This document shows positions 27,623 to 41,317 of a DNA stretch of 64,000 bases, piece by piece. How positions within the stretch are numbered: the stretch's first letter is position 1; each line of letters opens with the position of its first letter. Source of the stretch: Girardia tigrina (taxonomy: Eukaryota); assembly GCA_001938485.1 (NCBI GenBank), contig MQRK01245180.1, forward strand, positions 41,892 to 105,891, read 5' to 3'. The notes beneath the pieces are model-generated. The model worked only from the letters and a program-made list of their open reading frames with translations, was not told the DNA's origin and did not search any database. The translations under genes were made by a program, and so were the position numbers.

Positions 27623-28794
27623 ATGCATACTGATAATCATTTATATTTCAAGATTGTTCAATTCAAATAAATCAGGATTCAAATTTTATTATCAAAGAGA
27701 ATCAGAACAAATAGAAAACAATATAAAATTTTGAAAAAAATGTATTCAAATCAAAAACTCCACTTCATTCGAAAAATAAAACATTCAAATTCGTAAATGA
27801 AATTAACATTCAATTAACTCCTTCAATTCAAAATTAATTTACACTAAAAAAATTGGTTCGATTCAAAATATATTTATAGTTGATTGAAATTCTCGCAATA
27901 GTGCATCAACAACAAAAAATTTCGTGACTTGTAATTTTAAAAATCACTCAAATTCACAAAACTCGCTTTGATTGGTTAACCAATAAGAGTGAGTCATTTG
28001 AGTTCAATTTTCCTCAGTTATACTGAACATTGGCAAATTCAATTACTGACAATAAAAAAAGACTCGATGAGTCATCGATACAAATAATCATCTAATTACA
28101 ATCGAACTAAGACATCCTTGTTCGGATTTGAAGAAAAAAATCGCCAAATTAAAATAAATTTAACTCAAAAAAGTAGCAAAAAAATGATCAGAGAATTGTA
28201 TTTCAAGATAGATTTTCTGTTCGAGTAAGGAAACGATTTTCAAGATATCAGTAGTAAAAACTAAATGATAATACATAATAATAAATAGCTTAAATTCCAA
28301 AGAATTATTATTATTATTAGTATTATAGTAAGAACGGCTGAGTATGCACCGAGTAATTAATATGGTATATAACTTTAATACAATGGATAACTATAAAAAT
28401 ATAAATTAAATTATATTTTTATAAATAACAACACAAACAACGTTTAGTAACGGAAAGATAGAAAAAATAATTATAATATCAATAAAAAACTGATTTTCAT
28501 GGGAACATAAAGAAACCACGAATGATATTAACTATAAATCGTGAATACACACTGTCGAAACGAATTATTCAAATTACTTATTCTTTTTGGCCAAGATCCC
28601 TTGAAGAAGCAGGAGGATTGCTTGTAACAAAAACAAATAATATATTGTTATTTTTACTTTGATATTCTTTTTGTTAGATTGCTCTAAGAATTTTTGGGAT
28701 TTGATAATTGATGAATTAAAAGTTGTTTTTAAATTTTCCATTTAGTTAATTTTTTTCCCATTCTTTTTATTAGCTTGCTTTCTATATATATATA

Positions 28795-29780
28795 TTGAAA
28801 GAATGAAAGATAAATATCAGACTCGAATATATCGAAAACCAACTGATACCGGTTTGTACAGTTGTCCAAACAGTTTTTCTGACCCAAAATACAATAGGAA
28901 CATGATTAAAGGTTTGGTACATAGAGTCTAGGGTTTAACATCAACCTTTGAGATATTTGATAATGAAGTTGATGAACTTCATAATAGGCTTTCTAAAAAT
29001 GGATTTAATAAAAAAGTATTTAAATAAAATCATAACAGATACTGTTGAATCCATTTATTCAAAATCAAATAATGCATCAAATATAACTTCGGGAAATGAC
29101 ATTGATAATCAAATTACTATCAATCTAACATTACCGTACTCAGAGAGAGCAAAAGAGTTCAAACGATTTTTAGAACATCGAACACCTGTTAGCTTAAAAT
29201 TGAGAGTAATCTTTTTAACTAATAAATGCCGGAACTATTTTTACAACAAATCAAAAGCTCCTTTGTGTATTAAGGCAAATCTAGTTTATCAATTCAAATG
29301 TCACAAGTGCGAAGCCTTGTACATTGGAGAGACAAGTCGTCATCTCCGCACTAGAATTGCTGAACATACTCAATCGAGTAGAAATAGTTCNNNNNNNNNN
29401 CATATTAAAAGATGTAAAGGTAATTTTATGGATTACAATAAAGATTTTAAAGTGATTTTAAATAATTTTGACACAAATTATGAAAGGATTATTGCCGAAG
29501 CATTGTTAATAAAGCATCATAAACCATGCTTAAACGTGCAAGGTGATTCATCTAATCATATTAAAGTTTTTTAAATATTATTAAAATATTTTTTTTAAAG
29601 AAAAAAAAGCATGTTTTTGAGACGTATGATGAGACGTAGTTTTTCAACTATATAATTAGTAATTAATCACTTTATTTCATTGCACTGAAGATGCCGAAAT
29701 GGTGAAACGCGTATGTATTGGGAATAAATTTAATATTCAAAAATGGCCTTTGTTTTCATTATTATTAAAAATGCCATTAT
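28795..29780 (+). mobile_element. 5'-truncated Penelope-like retroelement (RT C-terminus, GIY-YIG endonuclease, pLTR)
   Basis: IYRKPTDTGLY followed by ANLVYQFKCHKCEALYIGETSRHLRTRIAEH...EALLIKHHKPCLNVQ, with a hammerhead downstream. Confidence 0.92.
29681..29717 (+). ncRNA. Minimal type I hammerhead ribozyme
   Basis: TGCA CTGAAGA T GCC-GAAAT-GGT GAAA CGCG TA TGTA: stem I, core, stem II, palindromic stem III and GUA triplet, sitting in a Penelope pLTR. Confidence 0.8.
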
Positions 29781-30143
29781 CAGTTCTAGATAATATTAGA
29801 TTTAGAATATTTTTGAAGGCATTTTACTCACCATCGTTTTGCCTTTTACTATAGAACTGGCTCTTCGATTTAAAAAAAAACCAATGATTTATTTTCTTTG
29901 TACTATAGACGAAAATACTTATAATTTTATGTGATTTAAAAAAAATCCTGATTACAATAATAATGAAAGCAATAAATTTTAGACCAAATTATTTTATTTA
30001 ACTAATTTATTTAGTTATTTTTATTTATTTATTTTTTTATTTAATTTCTTTATTTAAATACTTTTAATTAATTATTTAATTTTATTTAATAATAAACATG
30101 TTATCTCGGCAAATGTTCGGTCACTCCTTTTACTTTACGCTCA

Positions 30144-30144
<1 letters not shown>

Positions 30145-30176
<32 letters not shown>

Positions 30177-30196
30177 AATAATAATATTATCATTAT
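30145..30196. repeat. (ATT)n/(AAT)n microsatellite
   Basis: Direct reading. Confidence 0.9.
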
Positions 30197-30198
30197 TA

Positions 30199-30355
30199 CC
30201 GTGTTTCCCCGATAGTAAGACACCCCCGATTGTAAGACGTATCGGGAGTTTCAGAAGGGTCAGCTAATATAAGCCGTACCCCGAAAGTAAGACATAGTGG
30301 GGCTTTTAGGGATAAAAAGAAAGTAAGACACTGTCTTACTTTCGGGGAAACACGG
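30199..30355. mobile_element. 157-bp Tc2/pogo-like MITE
   Basis: TA TSD and 24-bp TIR CCGTGTTTCCCCGA(T/A)AGTAAGACA, with internal GTAAGAC repeats. Confidence 0.9.
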
Positions 30356-31329
30356 TATTATTAATTTTAAAATTGTGTTTAATAAAATATAAATAAAAGA
30401 TTTATTATTGTAATTCTAAAATTTCATTATGATGAAAAAGAAAATCTAAATAAAATTAATTATTTTAATTAACGAAAGACTCAAAATATCACAAAAGAAT
30501 TACGATTTTAAATACAATTGTTTACTTATTAATTATTAAACATATACAGAATGTCTCAAACCTAACTGAAATTTTGTTTAATTTTTAATTAAAACGATAC
30601 AATTTTTAAAAAATATAACAAATAAATCACATAATTTAAGTTTTTTTCGATTTAATTTACGTATTTATGAAAATAGATGTGAAAAAAAACGGAAAAAAGT
30701 GTAATTGTAGTCTTCATTTTGCTATCATCATTTATATATTTTTTATTATCTTCCTAAAATAAGGAAACGAAAGTAAAACTTAATAGTTATAATTATAAAC
30801 TTGTACGTAGTAATTATAATGATGTCATCCATAATAACTCTTTCTGATAATAGCTTTGTACCTATAAAATTGTTAACAAAAAGAGGAATAAAACAATTAA
30901 TTTTAAAATTTCTTTAGTTACATTTTTACACACTTTAAAAAACTAAATATAATATTAAATTATTACTCAAACAAATGTTAACGACCTGAGTTATGCCGCT
31001 TAAATACTTTTTTTCTCTAAACATTGTTTTTGGAGACAATTTATTATAAAAAAGTTGAAATAATGAATTCTTTGAGCACGATCAACACTGTTCGAGATTG
31101 AGTTAAATTAAATTAAAAAAATTAAAATGAGAAAAAAACTTTTACATATGACAGTAAATTTTTTTTTGAAAAAATAAAAAATTTGATTCATGAAATTTCA
31201 GTTGAATTTTGACATTTTTGTTTAACTGCGTCGTTGCTTAGTGATATAATTTGAATGGAAAGTATTTGTCATTAAAAAATAAAATTATGGGTCACGTGTT
31301 TAAATTAGTTTTATCAATTGATTTATGAT

Positions 31330-32224
31330 TTCATTTCATTCAGCATGATTTGCCAATTCAGGACGTTCCTGTTGAATTGAATGAGCCCATTTTTCCAGCT
31401 AACCACAATATCTGTCTGAATTGATGGTTTCATTCCTCGGAAGGAGTTCAAAAAACACAATTCCTTTAAAATCCCACCAGATGAAAAGCATAACCTTCTT
31501 TTGGTGAATTTCTGCTTTTGGGATCGTTTTGGCACGCTCACCACATTTTTTCCATAATCGCCGGCGTTACACATTGTTGTAAACAATCCATTTTTTGTCA
31601 CCCGTAATCAAGCGCTTCAAAAATGGATCACTTTGTTCTCGCTTCAAAAGGGAATCGCAAATGTCTATACGTTTTATCAAATGAATTTCTTTCAGTTCAT
31701 GTGGTAACCACATATCGAGTTTACTGACGAATCCAAGTTTCTTTAAATGACTTCCAACACTTGATTTTGATATTTTTAGAGTCTCTGCAACTTCTCTTGT
31801 CATCATATGTGGATGAGATTTGATCAGTGATGTTATTTTGGCGCCATCAACTTCAACTGGTCGACCGGAGCGTGATGCATCTTTCAGATGAAATTTTTCA
31901 GAACGAAATTTATAAAACTGTCGAAGTTTTAAGGAGTCACTACCATATACAAAACATATCTTCTAATGAGCTTGCACAGCAGTTTTCCCTTTGCGAAAAT
32001 AATGTAACAAAACATGACAAAAATGCTCATTTTGATTTTCCATTTCGAATTAACGGTAAAGAATAAATTAAAACAAAATCAATTAATATTTTGTATAAAC
32101 ATAGTCTGAAAATTAAGGTTTCAGAATATATAAATGAATTTAAATTTTATCACATCGTTTTATATTTTCAAGCTTTTTATTAGGACGTACTCAAAAACGC
32201 AATGACTTTTTGGCCAACCCAATA
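31330..32224 (-). mobile_element. Mariner element, 5' two-thirds
   Basis: TIR TATTGGGTTGGCCAAAAAGTCATTGCG, plus WLPHEL and FLKRLITGDKKWIVYNNV motifs. Frameshifted and 3'-truncated. Confidence 0.9.
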
Positions 32225-33796
32225 TTATTTAACTTTATACCACATTTTATCGTCTTCACGTATCTTAAAATACATTTCTATTTTTTACTTTTATAATTTG
32301 ATATTAATTTAAAATGTTTTTTTATCTTCAATTTAAAAATTTAAAAGTCTCCCGAAATCCTCACAAAAATAATTTTTAAATTTTTAGAAATATAAATCAT
32401 GTTCGTATTTTTTAAAGGTTTTTACAAAATATTATTGTACAATCATTTGCTACTTTGAGTATAATTTTGACTTCAAAAATAAAAATAGAAAGAAAAATAA
32501 ATTAATTAATCTTTCAAACAGTGTTTTAAATAATAAATAAAATATGGAAAAAAAATATTTAGTTTTTATTAAGAATAATATACCTAAAAATAATTTATTT
32601 ATTTCTTGCACTGGAAAAAGATTTCTTGTCTCTAGTTTACATCTTTCAGTTAATTTCTTTTATTATTATCAAGAAGCATCTAATGAAAGAACGTCTCGAG
32701 CTTTATGCACAGAAGAAACAAAAAAACAGAACCGCAATTATTCTATTTTCTTTTCAAATCAACTGATTTCCTTCATCAAAAAATATATATTTTCTAGGAT
32801 TGCTTTTGAAACTTCTTTTTTTTTATTTTTAGCTCTACGTGTATCCGAAAACTGTTAATTAACTGAAAGGAAAGCTGGATAATTTATTAGAACAAGTGAA
32901 AAATCAATAAGTAAGAATATAAATTTTCTAAGTAAAAAATAACAAATTTTTGTCACATAAAAATTAGAAGCTCTATTCAATACTGACTGTTATCCATTTA
33001 AAATAGACGGCTAATTCCGGTTCTAAGATTTATTAATTATGACACAATAACTTCAATCTCGAGTATTTAATAGGGAAAATAGTGATGTTATAATGACTCA
33101 TATTTAAAAAGCCTTTTCATTGGTTTACACTCTCAAGCACACACATACTTTCAACATGCATTCAACGTACAGGATTTTTTTAGTTGAAATGCGACATTAT
33201 AAAAATTATAAAACCTTTCCTTTAATTAAAATAAATTTAAAAAATTTAATTAAAATGTCTTTCTCGCCAATTTTTCATTAAACCTAGCACAATGTATTCG
33301 ATTTTCCTTCAACATTTATTTATTCGATCCTTAATAATTGAATTTTAATTCATTAAAAATGATTTAATGATGACGATGGGTGTATTAATAACGTTTATGC
33401 CATTTTCATTATCCGAAATCTCTGAATTCATATTTATCACAAAATTATATTAATAACAATAATAAACATATAAAAAATTCTCGTTCATTTAATCATTTCG
33501 CCAAAACCCATTAATTAAATTTTTCTTTAAATTTAATTTGTAAAATAACTTATAATTATACAATTTATTTTAAATTATAACTAAAAATATTATTGTAAAA
33601 TTTTATCGTAAAACTCTTAAATTTTAAATCACCTCAAGCCCTTTACACAAAAAAATTATTTCTTAAAAATATTATAAATTTTAATCCGTTTATTATTTAT
33701 TTTACAGTTCTTATTTCAAAACCTTTATTAAAATATATCAATGGTTATGATTGAAAACTTTTTTTTGTTTTTAAATAACTAATTAATTTTGGTCCG

Positions 33797-34155
33797 TGCA
33801 CTATGCTTGTGCAGGTTGAAGTCAGAGGAAACTCTGATGGAGGACCGCCGCGGTTCTGACGTGCAAATCGATCGTCGGACATGAGTATAGGGGCGAAAGA
33901 CTAATCGAACCATCTAGTAGCTGGTTCCTTCNNNNNNNNNNNNNNNNNNNNNNNNNNNNNNNNNNNNNNNNNNNNNNNNNNNNNNNNNNNNNNNNNNNNN
34001 NNNNNNNNNNNNNNNNNNNNNNNACTTATTCTCAAACTTTAAATGGGTTCGAAGTGCGCCTCTCTTTAATATTTTTGTTGGAGGTGTACATCGAATACAA
34101 ATGCCTAGTGGGCCATTTTTGGTAAGCAGAACTGGCGATGTGGAATGAACCAAAC
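33797..34155 (+). rRNA. Dispersed 28S rRNA fragment (pseudogene)
   Basis: Universal LSU motifs GAGGAAACTCTGATGGAGG...GTTCTGACGTGCAAATCGATCGTC...GGGGCGAAAGACTAATCGAACCATCTAGTAGCTGGTTCC and AGTGGGCCATTTTTGGTAAGCAGAACTGGCG. It has abrupt AT-rich flanks. Confidence 0.95.
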
Positions 34156-34204
34156 ATTAATTAATTTTTGTTTGTTTTCATTTAAAGATCATTTTTAATT
34201 TCAA

Positions 34205-34783
34205 AAAACGGTCGCCAAACCAGGACTAACGGCCAGGAAGGTTCTACTGTGTGTTTGGTGGGACTGGAAAGCAATCATTTATTATGAGTTGCTACCGTAT
34301 GGCCAAACACTAAATTCAGGTCTGTACTGTCAACAACTGGACCTTTTGAAGATAGTAATTGATGAGTAACGACCAGAATTGGCCAACAGAAGAGGTGTCG
34401 TGTTCCATCACGACAATGCCAGACCATATACGTCTGTAGTGACTCGCCAGAAACTCAGCGAGCTTGGTTGGGAAGTTTAAATCTATCCACCATATAGTCC
34501 GGACTTGGCACCAAGCGATTACCACCTTTTTCTCGCCTTGCAAAATTTCCTGAGTGATAAGAAATTGGTATCAATAGAAGATTGTAAAAATCGATTACTA
34601 CAGTTTTCGCCAATAAGGACCAAGACTTCTACGAGAAAGGTATTATGAAGCTACCTTCAAAATGGCAACTAATTATACAACAAAACGGTGCATATTTGAC
34701 TCCAAGAGGACAATCCGAAACATGTTAAATAAAGTTTTGAATTTCATGCCAAAATAATGGATTTCTTTTTCCCCAACCTAATA
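34205..34783 (+). mobile_element. Mariner element, 3' half
   Basis: LLCVWWDWKAII, FHHDNARP and PPYSPDLAPSDYHLF motifs. Right TIR ...TTTCCCCAACCTAATA. Confidence 0.92.
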
Positions 34784-35347
34784 TTGATACTTAATTTTTA
34801 TTTAAATAAAAATATATTTTTAATTTCAATTTAGAAATGTCACTTTAAATTTAAATATTTTTCTAAATATATAATTAAAAAGAAACTTTTTAATGAATAC
34901 TTTGAAACATTCAACTAAATATTATTGATAAAATTATTGCTTTCATTTATTTAGCCGCAATTGTTTTAATGGATTAATAATTCGCAATAATAATTAACTT
35001 TAACAATAAAACAAATTCTTTTGTTTTAATGCTGGTTTATTATTTTTAATAGATATTAATACTGAAGTATTCTCAATCAAAAGTATCTAATTTTTATCGT
35101 CTATGACGATGAATAAATAATTGATGTCAATAATTTATTTTTATTAATATTTTTAATATTGAAAAATTTAATATTACTATTTAAAAGTTTAGGAATTGTA
35201 AAGCGCATTAAACATAACAACATTTTTTAAAATTAATGAACCATTTAAATGTTTTGAAGGATTGGATTCTCTATTAATAAAGTTTTTAAAAGATGTAAGT
35301 ATTTTCTTGTTTTTTTAAAAGAAAGATTTCATCAGCATCTTCACCCT

Positions 35348-35742
35348 TATTAAGAACATTAATTGGGATTTCTTTACATTTATTATTATCACAATTTGAA
35401 TTGCTACTACAACAATTCTCCGTAAAACTTGCGTAGCTCGTCATCGTTCTTGATTGATAATCTTTAATAATATTCTTTAACGTCTTATTATTCGAACAAA
35501 TTTAAATTACATTTCAATTATTACAAAAATAATTTATACTTTAAATTTGAAATAATTTTTATTTATTTTAAGAAAATATTATTTATTTATTAGTTTAATT
35601 TTAAAGTATTTATTTAAATTTTAATACTTGATTAAACAACTCGACGTTTTAAAATATCTAAAATATCAATCTTCCATCTGGGTGGGAGAAACACAATCCT
35701 AAAACAACATACAATAAACACAATTCAAAAATATTCCTCACA
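35348..35742 (-). mobile_element. Solo LTR (395 bp, subfamily B)
   Basis: Near-identical to 57723-58117. Flanks ACCCT / ACCTT (4/5 match). Confidence 0.8.
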
Positions 35743-37389
35743 ACCTTAGTTGAAGTCTTTTTCAGGAATTTATCGTATTGATCCATTGCCATCAAACATG
35801 ACAACGACTCGATTGACTATCATCTTCTACCAAAGAATTCTGTACACCATTATCGCAAAATTATCCGACCACCCAGTATTATTATAAAATATATACAAGT
35901 TTAATTGTTTGAATATAACTAACGATATATAAAAAATCGATAGAAATTCAATTAATAATTATTTACTGTGTTTCATTATTAAAATATATTTTAACTTAAA
36001 TATAATATAGTTCATGGAGGTTATTTTTAAGAAGGGTCGTGAACTAACTTAAACTGAGCGTGGCATCATAACTGGCTTATTGATCAGAGATATATAGTCG
36101 TCTTTACTAGAAACCCCAAAATTAATAAGTTAATTTAAATTTTATACTTCGAATTTTGCTGAATCCAATCAAAAACTTCAATGAAAATATTATTTCAAAA
36201 TGATTAAAAATAAAAAAATAGTATCCAATGATTATACATTTACGCTCCACAATAAAATGGGCCCAGCACAAACACGAAATGTCGGACCTTAAATTTCGAT
36301 ACTACCACCGTCTGGTCTTCGGGGCAACGTGGAGATCGGGTGGAGCAGCTAATATTTACTTATTCGAAAAATCAAAAAGAACAATGTATAATGGAACAGA
36401 CTTTAGTTCTAAACGATTTCACTATGAAAAGACAACCTCAAGTTTTACTATGTTTAATTAACGTAATGAATAAAAGATAAACAAAGAAATAACTAATAAA
36501 TAAATATAATGAATCTAGAAATAGAATAATAGAAAATAAATATCAACATATAAATCATTTTCGTTGATTATTTAGAATTATCGTTTATGTCTTCGAGCAA
36601 CAGAAAGAAAATATTAATCATTTTCAAGATTTAAAAACAGAAACTATTTGGATAAGATAAAATTTTTGAAATATTTTTTAGTATATTATTTATTTATATA
36701 ATAAAATATCAGAATTAATGAACATTCATTTAACGAGATAAATTTGATTATTTTATGTTAAGATAGTTCATTTAAGATAGCATTAATATTTCATTCAAAC
36801 AAAAAAATGTTTTTTGAAGTCTGAAGACTGAAGTAATGTTGTCGTAATATGAGACTTCTAAAATTTAATATAAATATTACAAAATACATTTAAATATTAT
36901 TGCGAAAGAAAGTAAAGCAATAAAAAAAATTAACATAATTTTGATGCATATTTAAGAAAAGATAATTTTTTTTTATTTATTAAAAATTTTATTTATTGTT
37001 TTTCGGGTAACAGAGACAAAATATATTAGAATACAACGGGAAAAATTTGATTAAATAAGTTAATTTTGATTTATTTTTATGAAACATTCTTCAGAATTTT
37101 CTTCTCCTCACTCTTAGTTACAATAACAAAAGATGGAAACGTTTGAACAAACTTCATTGTCAAGAGCTGTTGATACGGCCTTATTGTAGCGTCTGAACCA
37201 ATTTATGTCATACCTAGTTCAAAATATATTTATTCATCAAATGAAGATTTTGGAAAAATATTTTAAAAAATAATTTATAAACGATAAAAAGTTCTGATAA
37301 GAATTTTTAAATATTTTATTTTGAAAATAAATTTATGATTTTGATAAAATTCCAATACAAAATCGGAATGAAAATGATTGCAATAATAT

Positions 37390-37700
37390 TTTTTAGACCT
37401 TAGCCGTTGGGCCATGGGTGCATCCAATTATGCACAACCCACATGGCTTGGCTTTTGCATGTTTTTTAACTTATCAGTAGGCAAGTAAGCTCGTGGCGCC
37501 TATCTCCTCTCCAGGTATGGATGGCGATGGCTCCAAGGAGCTCATCCACCCTTTACCAGGTATTGTATTTCATCCCGTTGGGTGTCCACACATCCTCTTT
37601 ACGAAGATTTCTCTTGGTGACGGAGCCTGTTTAGTGGCCAACCATGAAACAGTTCTTTCTGTGTTGAGCAATATTACAATTTATAATGAGCGAATTTGAA
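37390..37700 (-). mobile_element. 3' end of an RTE-like LINE with terminal stem-loop
   Basis: GC-rich block with decayed W.GH and KR.RGRP-like motifs. Stem-loop at 37411-37447, then a ...GGCTAAGGTCTAA end. Confidence 0.55.
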
Positions 37701-39089
37701 GGCTTTTGTCAAATGTTCCGAGAATGATTTGTTAAATTTAAAAATCGTGACGATATCATACAACACAAAGAGTTTAATGAGTACTAAATTGATCAGTGCA
37801 ATTGGATTGTGCTCAAATAGAAAATACGGTTTAAATGGTGGAGTTGGTGTAAAAAATTTTTAAATTGTAATTTTAATGAAAATAAAAAGGTCTGTGAGAA
37901 ATTAATGTACAAGAGAATTAATCCACAGGAGAATTACATAAACATTGATTTGGTAAATAAAGGTAACTGAAGAAAGAGACATGAAAAAAGAGACTACAAA
38001 AGAAGACTATTGATAGAAAACCTAAATGCACTTGATTTATAGTTTTTTCATGTATTTTAATATATTTAAATATAGGTTTTTGCATTCATTTGACCAGAAA
38101 CAACAATTGAATTGCCGTTTGCCACATTCAATTTACCTAAAACGTAAATTGATTTAATTATTTAATTATATCTTTTATATGTATATCATCTATATATGAA
38201 AATAAAGTAGGAAACAAATCAGCAATTTTCATTCAGATATGGAAACCTATAATATATTTTTATTATTGTAAATTCAATGTAAACTTTAAATTTTTTCATA
38301 AATGTTTTAATAATTTTATAAATAGAATACCATTTTAAATGTTATACGTTGTTGCTATATATTTGATACTATTTGTCAATCGAAATTGTTCATCAGCCAT
38401 CTGAGAAAGACATAAAACATTCAAATGCAATACAAAAATATTAAAAAATATTTCTCTTACTTATCACTTATTATTTAAATACAAACACTTTATACTTTTA
38501 TTTTATCTTCGTTTTCATTTATCTTGATCTCTTTATTCAGGAATCTTTTTGCATAGTCTCTCTATTCTGGTATCTTTTTCAGAGGTCTCTTTTATCCTCC
38601 TCTTATTTCTTATTTCTTACTCTTATTCTTTCAAGAATCGTATTTAAATGCAGATATATCATTGTTAGTTTAGTCTGAAGAGTACGGTTTATCATTTAAA
38701 ATTAAAAAATTTTGATCAATGTTGCTTTTAAAATGAAAAATTAAATTTTTATTTATAATTAAATTAAAAAGAATTTATTAATTTCATTTAATGATAATGA
38801 ATATAAAATAATAACAAATATTCTTGTACACAATAACCTTTTATCAAAATATTTCAAAAGTAATTAAAAATAGATATTTTACTTTAATGTAAAATAAGTT
38901 TTTAATAAACTTGTCTGGAAGATTATTAATATAAAAACTATTCTTTTTTTTTCGTTAAAAGGAATTTCAAAAATTAGAAGCTAAAACTAAAACGATTTTG
39001 CAAATTTTTATAACACACACACACACATATATATAAAAGTAATAATCCATTAAAGTAATTTTGTTAAATCTTTTTTGAAAATTTATTAT

Positions 39090-41317
39090 TGAGCGGGCCA
39101 CGCAGCTGACTATCAGTATCCTCAGGAAGCTGTTAGAGAAAGTCCTTTATGAAAGTATTTAAAGATAAGCCTTTCCAGACTGTAACGGATAACGTTGTAT
39201 TACAAATAATACTCAGCATTTGCACACAGCGTATTGAGTAAAAGAGTCTATATCGGGTAGAAACCATGAGACAAATACAAAGTTTTCTGATTCTCTCACA
39301 AAGCTTCGAATTCAAGAGTGCGACCTTTCAATTTACGGGCACGCTTTGATAATCTCTGAGAAAGGATCAGTCCGTTCATCTGTTCCGTGATTCTGAAGAT
39401 GTTTGACTGTATAAACGCACATGTTGCAACGGGGAAATGGGTACTGAAACACTCCCCTATCCATTAAATTATCCATCCGAAATTTTAGCAGCACTCTAGG
39501 ACAGTCCTCATTAGTTACATCGATAGACACCAGCGTTCAAGTTCAAAGGTCTAGTACGTCTCTCTATTTCTGCTCTTTGTATTACTATTACCTTGGATTC
39601 GATTATCAATTAATAAATACCGTTGTAGCCAAGCTCAATATAAGAATATTAACACAGATGAAATCTTAAACGAGCTAGAGAAAGCCTTTGATAGTGTCCC
39701 CACAAGTCTTTCTGGAGTAGTTTAAAAAGACTAGAAATAAAAGGAAAATGCTGAAGATCATCAGAGGAATTTAATGGCTCTATTTTGAAGATAAGCTTCA
39801 AAATTAACAAGAGAGTGAGACAAAGTTGTGTTTTAGGTCTGCTTCTATTTGATATTGTGTTCGGCACAGTATTGAAACCTACAGTATCAAACAAACTTTC
39901 TAGAGGATGGAAGATGAAAAAAGGAAGAAAGCTTCCATAAAATTAACAGATTAGCCTATGGAGATGACCTCTGTCTAATGTACAATATATAGTATATATT
40001 ATTTATTTTACAATACAAATTTTTTTTAACTCAAAATTAAAAAATAAGCCATAATGATATTATTATTAAAACCAAGTCTATTTTGAATTTTACTAGTGGA
40101 ACATTAAAACCGATAATAAAGAAATTCCTTGTTTTCAGTTTTTTGTTAAATACAATGAGAAAAAAATCGTTTTTTATAATAATTAAGAGGATGATTTAAT
40201 TAATTTTTTTACATTTTATTGTTAATTTTATTTCTTCGCTTGTTATGGATTACTGCCTTTTCCTTTTTTATTTAAAAAATATAAAATTAGTAAATAATTT
40301 AGTATTTTTTTATTAAAAATAATTAAAACGAATGCGGGTTAATTTATGTTCACTACGCCTGTATATTCTCTGTAGTTTATTATGAATGTAAAATATAAAG
40401 AACTACTCAGAAGAAGATCAACAAACTACAGGCGCTTCACAATCTTCGCACAAAATATATTTTAGATTTGAAGAAAATAGAAAAGGTCCGCATGAACACT
40501 AGGACATTCAACAAATTATACCAATGGACATTATTGTAAGTAGATGTCTTACATTCCATTATAAGAATGAAGAGAAAGAAGATTTCTAGTACATCAAATG
40601 AATCTGGACAGCGACAATACCAATGGGGACGAAAATTAGTGGGAAAAAGAAGTCATCCACCTCCGAATGTCTTGGATTGTATATACAGTGACTTATTGTA
40701 GATTGTGAGACGTATATAAACTCCCTAATCATATTAAACAGGGTTCATCGAACAAGAACAGATGTACCAAAAGGATAGAAAAAAAACTATTACAGTGTCC
40801 AAAATAATGATGCTACAAGAAGCTCTATAGACATTTCAAGAAAGAAGATGAAGCAGATGAATACTGAAATAGACGTATAACTTTTCAAATTTAATTGTCG
40901 AAATCTCTTCAAATCATTCTGAGAAAATCGACCAGATGAGCAACACAATTGGGAAAGTCGACCAAAATACCAAAAATATTCCAGAAACTCAAAATCATTT
41001 AGCAACGGGGGTGGAAGAAAAGATCACAGCCGAAGTAACACATTTGTTTTTTGGACCACATACTCATCTTCGATGCGTGAATTCAGATGTCCCTTTCGCA
41101 GCCACATAAAGTCCACATATGTAGATAAAGACATGCAAAACCATGGATTTCAATCCATGGGTGGTCACCTCTTACATGGGAGGGCTATAAGATCCCGGAG
41201 ACCAAAATTATCCAACCCCGTATCGGAGCCTATCATGGGCTGCTTGATACGTTTTCAGTTTAGATACACATTTTAAAGGATCTCGAGGCTCAATACCCTT
41301 GAAAGAGATTGGAGGCA
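39090..41317 (+). mobile_element. Decayed LINE (RT plus C-terminal zinc-finger region)
   Basis: LEKAFDSVP (~39675), VRQSCVLGLLLF (~39815), LAYGDDL (~39952) and FRCPF..H (41082). AT-rich interruption at ~39985-40340. Confidence 0.75.

Noticed and set aside
35670-35742. Signal-peptide-like exon family (RNIFELCLLYVVLGLCFSHPDG)
   Set aside because: The frame is not conserved among the five copies; it is the LTR end.
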